Assembly (NCBI GenBank): GCA_037440005.1
Contig: JBBIUY010000004.1
Coordinates: forward strand, 71,323 to 135,322
Length of the DNA stretch: 64,000 nt
Source: Armatimonadota bacterium
GTDB taxonomy: Bacteria > Sysuimicrobiota > Sysuimicrobiia > Sysuimicrobiales > Kaftiobacteriaceae
Reading direction: 5' to 3'
Notes under the pieces: generated by a model
Told to the model about the DNA's origin: nothing
The model's database searches: none
Seen by the model: the letters and a program-made list of their open reading frames with translations, nothing else
In this document: positions 58,821 through 64,000 of the stretch, one piece after another
How positions within the stretch are numbered: the stretch's first letter is position 1
How the letters are laid out: every line of letters starts with the position of its first letter
Program-made: the position numbers and the translations under genes

Positions 58821-60281
58821 GTGACAGACGGTCAGTCGGCGTACCGCATGTGGGGTGGGGGGTTCAGCGAGGGGCTGGACCCGGTCCTGCTGGAGTACAC
58901 GGCGTCGCTGGGGGTGGACCGGCGCCTGCTGTCCTGGGACGTGGTGGCCAGCATCGCCCACGCCCGGATGCTGGGGGCCGCGGGAATCATCCCGGCCTCG
59001 GACGCCGCCGCCCTGGTGGAGGGCCTGCGGGCCGTCCTGGCCGACGTCCGGGCGGGTCGCCTGTCCCCCGAGGGCCCCTACGAAGACGTCCACACCTTTG
59101 TGGAAGCCGTCCTGTTCCGGCGGCTGGGGCCGGTGGCCGGCCGCCTGCACACCGCGCGCAGCCGCAACGACCAGGTGGCCACCGCCTTTCGGCTGTACGT
59201 CAAGGAGCAGATCGTGCGGCTGGTGGACCTGATCGCCGGCCTGATGGAGGCCATCGCCGATCGGGCCGGCTCCACCGTGGACGTCCTGATGCCGGGCTTC
59301 ACCCACCTGCAGCACGCCCAGCCGGTGCGGCTGGCGCACCACCTGCTGGCCTACCTGTGGATGCTGGACCGGGACGCCGACCGTCTGATGGACTGCTACC
59401 GGCGCGCCGACGTCCTGCCCCTGGGGTCCGGGGCGCTGGCCGGGGTGTCCTTCCCCGTGGACCGCGCTCTGGTGGCGGACCTGCTGGGGTTCGCCCGGAT
59501 CAGCCCCAACAGCGTGGACGCCACCGGAGACCGGGACTTCGCGGTGGAGGTGGTGGCCGCCGCCGCGCTGCTGATGGTGCACCTGTCCCGGTGGGCCGAC
59601 GAGCTGGTCCTGTGGTGCACCGAGGAGTTCGGCTTCGTGGCGCTGGCCGACCGGGTGGCGACCGGGAGCAGCCTGATGCCCCAGAAGAAGAACCCCGACG
59701 TGGCGGAACTGGTCCGGGGACGGGCGGGGCGGGCCATCGGCGCCGTGGCGGCCCTGCTGGCGGTGCTGAAGGCGCTGCCGGCCGGATACCACCGGGACCT
59801 GCAGGAGGACAAGGCCCTCGTGATCGAAGCGCTGGACCTGGCCGCGGCGTCGGTGCAGGCGCTGGCGACGTTCCTGCAGGGCGTGGAGTTCGTCCCGTCG
59901 CGGATGGAGGCGGCCCTCGGGCAGGGCTTCCTCACCGCCACCGAGGTGGCCGACTACCTGGCCCGCCGGGGGATGCCGTTCCGGGAGGCGCACCAGGTGG
60001 CCGGCCGCCTGGTCCAGGAGGCGGCGCGGCGGGGCTGCCCGCTGTGGGACCTCCCCCTGGACGTCTACCGGGCTTACAGTTCCCTGTTTGACCGGGACGT
60101 CCTGGACGCCGTCAGGCCGGAGGCCGCCGTGGAGGCCAGGCGCGTTCCCGGGGGCACGGCGCGGGCGTCCGTCCGCTCCCAGCTGGACGAGGCCCGGCAG
60201 CGTCTGGAGGAGGTGCGCCAGTGGGTCGCCGGGGCACGCCAGACGCTCCAGCGCGCGGCCGCCCTCGGCGCGCCGGCGTGA
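58821..60281 (+). CDS. argH: Argininosuccinate lyase
   Basis: [49 protein letters not shown]. Confidence 0.97.
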   Translation: MTDGQSAYRMWGGGFSEGLDPVLLEYTASLGVDRRLLSWDVVASIAHARMLGAAGIIPASDAAALVEGLRAVLADVRAGRLSPEGPYEDVHTFVEAVLFRRLGPVAGRLHTARSRNDQVATAFRLYVKEQIVRLVDLIAGLMEAIADRAGSTVDVLMPGFTHLQHAQPVRLAHHLLAYLWMLDRDADRLMDCYRRADVLPLGSGALAGVSFPVDRALVADLLGFARISPNSVDATGDRDFAVEVVAAAALLMVHLSRWADELVLWCTEEFGFVALADRVATGSSLMPQKKNPDVAELVRGRAGRAIGAVAALLAVLKALPAGYHRDLQEDKALVIEALDLAAASVQALATFLQGVEFVPSRMEAALGQGFLTATEVADYLARRGMPFREAHQVAGRLVQEAARRGCPLWDLPLDVYRAYSSLFDRDVLDAVRPEAAVEARRVPGGTARASVRSQLDEARQRLEEVRQWVAGARQTLQRAAALGAPA

Positions 60282-60766
60282 CCGCTGCTGGCGGCGGGAG
60301 GGCAGGCGCGTCGGCCGAGCGCGCCCGCAGGATCCGCCAGATCGTCCGGACCCAGGAAATCCGGACCCAGACAGACCTGGTGGAGGCCCTGAGGCGGCTG
60401 GGGATCCGCGTGACCCAGGCCACCGTCAGCCGGGACATCAAGCGCCTGGGCCTGGTGAAGGTGGCCTCCCCCGACGGACGCTACCGGTACGCTCTGCCGG
60501 CGGAGGCTCCTCCTCCGCCCGGCAGCCTGGACCGCCTGCGGGGCGTGTGCGCCGAGTTCGCCACCTCCGTGGAGCGGGCGATGGACCTGATCCTGGTCAA
60601 GACCGTCCCGGGCGGGGCTCCGCCGGTGGCGCAGGCGATCGACGACATGCGCTGGCCTGAGGTGGCGGGGACGGTCGCCGGGGAGGACACCATCCTGGTG
60701 GTGCCCCGCTCCCGGGCGGCGGTGGCGGAGGTCCTGCGGCGCCTGCGGGTGCTGGTGCCCTCCTAG
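60278..60766 (+). CDS. argR: Arginine repressor
   Basis: GTG overlaps the argH TGA; TQATVSRDI, VKTVPG, GTVAGEDTIL. Confidence 0.95.
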   Translation: MTAAGGGRAGASAERARRIRQIVRTQEIRTQTDLVEALRRLGIRVTQATVSRDIKRLGLVKVASPDGRYRYALPAEAPPPPGSLDRLRGVCAEFATSVERAMDLILVKTVPGGAPPVAQAIDDMRWPEVAGTVAGEDTILVVPRSRAAVAEVLRRLRVLVPS

Positions 60767-60801
60767 GTCCCCGGCCGGCAGGGGGCCGGCGGTGGCCGGG
60801 G

Positions 60802-60807
60802 TATAAT
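60802..60807 (+). promoter_or_regulatory. -10 box upstream of the HD-domain gene
   Basis: TATAAT in a GC-rich intergenic gap, 45 bp before the ATG. Confidence 0.55.
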
Positions 60808-60852
60808 GGAACACGCAGCCATCCTCCGGGCCCCCGGAGAACGGCAGCCTCT

Positions 60853-62961
60853 ATGCCCACCATCCCGACCGCCCGAGGGCTGCGCAGCGTTTGGCGCAAG
60901 GCGCGGGCGCCGTCCCGGAAGCTGGCCATCGGCGCGGCCACCTTCGTCGCTCTGGCCCTGGCCACGGGGCTGCAATACCTGACGCCCCGGCTGGAACTGC
61001 GGGTCGGGCAGGTGAGCCCCCGGGACGTGGAAGCCCCCCGCAGCGTGGAGTTTGTGGACCGGGTGCGCACCGAGGCCCTCCGCCGGGAGGCGGCGGCGGC
61101 GATCCGCCCGGTCATGCGCCTCTCCTCCGAGGCGGCCGACAGGGCCCGGGAGACTGTCGCCCGCACCTTTGCCGCCATCGAGCGGGCCCGCGGCGTGGCG
61201 GGGTTGAGCTATGCCGAGCGGGCCGCGCTGCTGCGCCAGCAGGCACCGGTCGCCCTGGACGACCCCGCGGTGCTGGCGGCCCTCACCCTGGACGCTCCGG
61301 CTCTGACGGTGGCCCGCACCACCGCCGAGCAGGTGGTGAGCCGGGTGATGGAGGAGGGGATCCGGCCCGAAGACCTCCCCCGGGCTGTGGCCCAGGCGCG
61401 GGCCATGATCCGGGCGGTGCCCATCTCCGGGCGCACCATGACCCTGGCCAGCGCCGTGGCCCTGGCGGCCCTGCAGCCCAACCTGGCCGTGGACCTGGCC
61501 GCCACCCAGGCCCTGCGCCGCCGGGCCATGGAGGAGGTGGCTCCCGTAACCACCCGCCTGCTGCGGGGGGAGGTGGTGGTGCGCCGGGGAGAGGTGGTGA
61601 CCGAGGCCCACATGCAGAAACTGGCGGCCCTGGGGCTGGTGCGGGCGCCGCTGTCCTGGCACCGGCCGGCGGGCGTGGCCCTGGTGGTGCTGCTGCTGCT
61701 GGTGGTCAGCGGGGCCTACCTCCGCCAGTTCCAGCCCGACATCTGGACCCAGGACCGGCTGCTGCTGGTGTGGAGCTTGGCCGTGGTCCTCACGGTGGCC
61801 ATGGCCCGCCTGCTGGTGAACCGGGTCAACCCCTACCTGGTCCCCACCGGCGCGGGCGTCATGCTCATCGCGGTCCTCCTGCGCCCCCGGCTGGCCCTGT
61901 ACACCGCGGCGGTGGTCGCCCTGCTGGTGGCCACCGTGGCGGGAGGAGACGTGCGGCTAGGCGTGGTGACCTTCGTGGGATCCACCGCGGGGGTCTACGC
62001 CATCAAGCGCATCAGCCACCGCACCGACCTGGTGGTGGCCGGGGTGTGGGTGGGGGTGGCCGGCGCCCTGGCCGCGGCCGCCCTGACCCTGATAGACCAG
62101 CTGCCCTGGTATCCCGACATGGTCACCGACATGGCCCACGCCCTGGGCAACGGGGTGCTCGTGGGGATCATCGCCATCGGCACGCTCCCCTACCTGGAGC
62201 ACCTGTTCGGGCTGGTGACGCCCATCAAGCTCCTGGAGCTGAGCAACCCCAGCCACCCCCTGCTGCGCCGGCTGCAGGTGGAGGCCCCCGGCACCTACCA
62301 CCACAGCCTGATCGTCGCCAACCTGGCGGAGGCGGCGGCCGAGGCGGTGGGCGCCGACAGCCTGCTGGTCCGGGTGGGAGCCTACTACCACGACGTGGGC
62401 AAGATCCGGCGCCCGGCGTTCTTCGTGGAGAACCAGGCGGGCCTGGACAACCCCCACGACCGGATGACGCCCAGCCTGTCGGCGCTTACGGTGCTCTCCC
62501 ACGTGCGGGACGGGTTGGAGTACGCCCGGGAGTACCGGCTGCCGTCCCAGGTGGCCGACTTCATCGCCCAGCACCACGGCACGAACCTGATGACCTACTT
62601 CTACCACCAGGCGGTGCAGAGGGGGGACGCGGTCTCCGAGGAGGTGTTCCGCTACGACGGCCCCAAGCCCCAGACCCGGGAGACCGCCATCGTGATGCTG
62701 GCCGACGCGGTGGAGGGCGCCACCCGGGCCCTGACCCGCCCCACCCCCGACCGCATCGAACAGACGGTCCGGCGGATCATCCGGGAGAAGCTGGACGACG
62801 GCCAGCTGGACCAGTGCGACCTGACCTTCCGAGACCTGGACGTGATCGCCCGGGTGTTCGTCCGGCTGCTGGCCACCATGTTCCACCCCCGGGTGGAGTA
62901 CCCGGAGCTGGAACGGGACCTCCGGGCGGGCCCCCGGGACCGGGCGGCGCCGGTCCGGTAG
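60853..62961 (+). CDS. pgpH: 7TM-HD phosphohydrolase (PgpH-like cyclic-di-AMP phosphodiesterase)
   Basis: Extracellular domain plus multiple TM helices; LLELSNP.HPLL, APGTYHHS, YYHDVGK, HHGT, MLADAVE; upstream of ybeY-dgkA. Confidence 0.88.
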   Translation: MPTIPTARGLRSVWRKARAPSRKLAIGAATFVALALATGLQYLTPRLELRVGQVSPRDVEAPRSVEFVDRVRTEALRREAAAAIRPVMRLSSEAADRARETVARTFAAIERARGVAGLSYAERAALLRQQAPVALDDPAVLAALTLDAPALTVARTTAEQVVSRVMEEGIRPEDLPRAVAQARAMIRAVPISGRTMTLASAVALAALQPNLAVDLAATQALRRRAMEEVAPVTTRLLRGEVVVRRGEVVTEAHMQKLAALGLVRAPLSWHRPAGVALVVLLLLVVSGAYLRQFQPDIWTQDRLLLVWSLAVVLTVAMARLLVNRVNPYLVPTGAGVMLIAVLLRPRLALYTAAVVALLVATVAGGDVRLGVVTFVGSTAGVYAIKRISHRTDLVVAGVWVGVAGALAAAALTLIDQLPWYPDMVTDMAHALGNGVLVGIIAIGTLPYLEHLFGLVTPIKLLELSNPSHPLLRRLQVEAPGTYHHSLIVANLAEAAAEAVGADSLLVRVGAYYHDVGKIRRPAFFVENQAGLDNPHDRMTPSLSALTVLSHVRDGLEYAREYRLPSQVADFIAQHHGTNLMTYFYHQAVQRGDAVSEEVFRYDGPKPQTRETAIVMLADAVEGATRALTRPTPDRIEQTVRRIIREKLDDGQLDQCDLTFRDLDVIARVFVRLLATMFHPRVEYPELERDLRAGPRDRAAPVR

Positions 62962-62962
62962 G

Positions 62963-63466
62963 ATGGGGGCCGACCGCCGTCCTCGGCCGGTCCGCGGCGC
63001 AGGCCGGCCGCCCCGACGCCCCGCGCGGGTGCAGGTGGTCTCGCAGGTACCCGTACCCCCCGCCTGGAGGCGGGTGGTCCGGCGGGTGGTCCGGTACGTG
63101 CTGGACCGCCACCGGCGTCCGGGGCCGGTGGGCGTGGCCCTGGTGGGCGACCGGGAGATCCGCCGCCTCCACCGCCGATACCTGAAAGACGACCGCGCCA
63201 CCGACGTGCTGGCATTTCCGTGGCATCCGGGAACGCGGGTCCGTCCGTCCGTCCCGTGGCTGGGCGAGGTGGTCATCTCCGTGGACCGGGCGCGCGTCCA
63301 GGCGCGGCGGGCGGGTCACCCTCCGGCGGCGGAGCTGGCCCTGCTGGCGGCTCACGGGGTGCTGCACCTGCTGGGCTACGACGACCGGCGGCGGTCCGAC
63401 GCGCAGCGGATGGCCCGCCGGCAGCGCCAGCTGCTCCGGGAACTCGGCATCGAGGTGCGGGGGTGA
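62963..63466 (+). CDS. ybeY: rRNA maturation endoribonuclease YbeY
   Basis: TDVLAF, LGEVVIS, HGVLHLLGYDD; true start may be a downstream GTG. Confidence 0.9.
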   Translation: MGADRRPRPVRGAGRPPRRPARVQVVSQVPVPPAWRRVVRRVVRYVLDRHRRPGPVGVALVGDREIRRLHRRYLKDDRATDVLAFPWHPGTRVRPSVPWLGEVVISVDRARVQARRAGHPPAAELALLAAHGVLHLLGYDDRRRSDAQRMARRQRQLLRELGIEVRG

Positions 63467-63951
63467 GGGAGCCGTCCTCCCGGCGCACCCTGCGCCAGGC
63501 GTTCGGCCACGCCCGGGACGGGCTGCGCCACGCCGTCGCCACCCAGCGCACGTTTCGGGTGCAGCTGGTCCTGGCCGCTGCGGTGGCCGGGCTGGTGGTC
63601 TGGCTGCGGCTGCCGTCCCTGCAGGCCGCGGTGGTGATCCTGGCGGTGGCGGCGGTGCTGGCGGCGGAACTGCTCAACACCGCCGTCGAGGTGGTAGTGG
63701 ACCTGCTGGTGCAGCGCAACCGGCACGACCTGGCTCGGGTGGCCAAGGACGTGGCCGCCGCCGCCGTGGTGGTGGCGGCCGCGGCGGCCGCCGTAGCGGG
63801 GGTGCTGGTGCTGGGACCGCCCCTGGGCGAGAGGGCGGGGCTGTCCGCCGACGCGGCCGAGCGCTGGGCCCGGCTCCTGGCCGCCGCCGTGGTCGCCGGC
63901 GCGGCGGGAGCGGGCCTGATCGCCCGGCGGCCCGGACCGCCCCGGCCCTAG
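63463..63951 (+). CDS. dgkA: Diacylglycerol/undecaprenol kinase (DgkA family)
   Basis: GTG overlaps the ybeY TGA; ELLNTAVEVVVD, AKDVAAAAV. Confidence 0.88.
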   Translation: MREPSSRRTLRQAFGHARDGLRHAVATQRTFRVQLVLAAAVAGLVVWLRLPSLQAAVVILAVAAVLAAELLNTAVEVVVDLLVQRNRHDLARVAKDVAAAAVVVAAAAAAVAGVLVLGPPLGERAGLSADAAERWARLLAAAVVAGAAGAGLIARRPGPPRP

Positions 63952-64000
63952 ACCCCGCCTACAGGGGGACGGCCGCGCTGCGTGGAAACAAGCGGGCGGG

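Overview
High-GC bacterial chromosomal segment made almost entirely of core and metabolic genes. Gene order is Bacillota-like in places: dnaG-rpoD; comEC-holA-rpsT; hrcA-dnaJ-prmA-rsmE; pgpH-ybeY-dgkA. A Terrabacteria lineage such as Armatimonadota or a relative is my inference, not something I can prove from the window. Coding content: partial EF-G paralogue, dnaG, rpoD, ahcY, comF, a block of secreted hydrolases (Asp-box beta-propeller protein and two S8 proteases), carbamate kinase, rlmD-plsC-slt, three ABC-transporter clusters (one ending in a GH63 hydrolase), tRNA-Val(GAC), dtd, T-box-controlled thrS, comEC, murJ, a CIRCE-controlled hrcA operon and an ARG-box-controlled argCJBDGHR operon. 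I found no intact mobile element, CRISPR array, prophage or defence system. Most notable non-routine signals: (1) a 270-bp composite heptamer/octamer repeat between argG and argH; (2) a sigma54-type promoter ahead of a REC-GGDEF protein with a dead active site but intact I-site, divergent from an unknown wHTH/Zn-ribbon/nuclease-like protein; (3) a relic of a RAYT/IS200-type HUH transposase and, elsewhere, a decayed REP-like hairpin array; (4) about ten intergenic SigH-like (AGGA-N17-19-GAAT) promoter motifs. All calls come from reading motifs by eye; no database searches were run.
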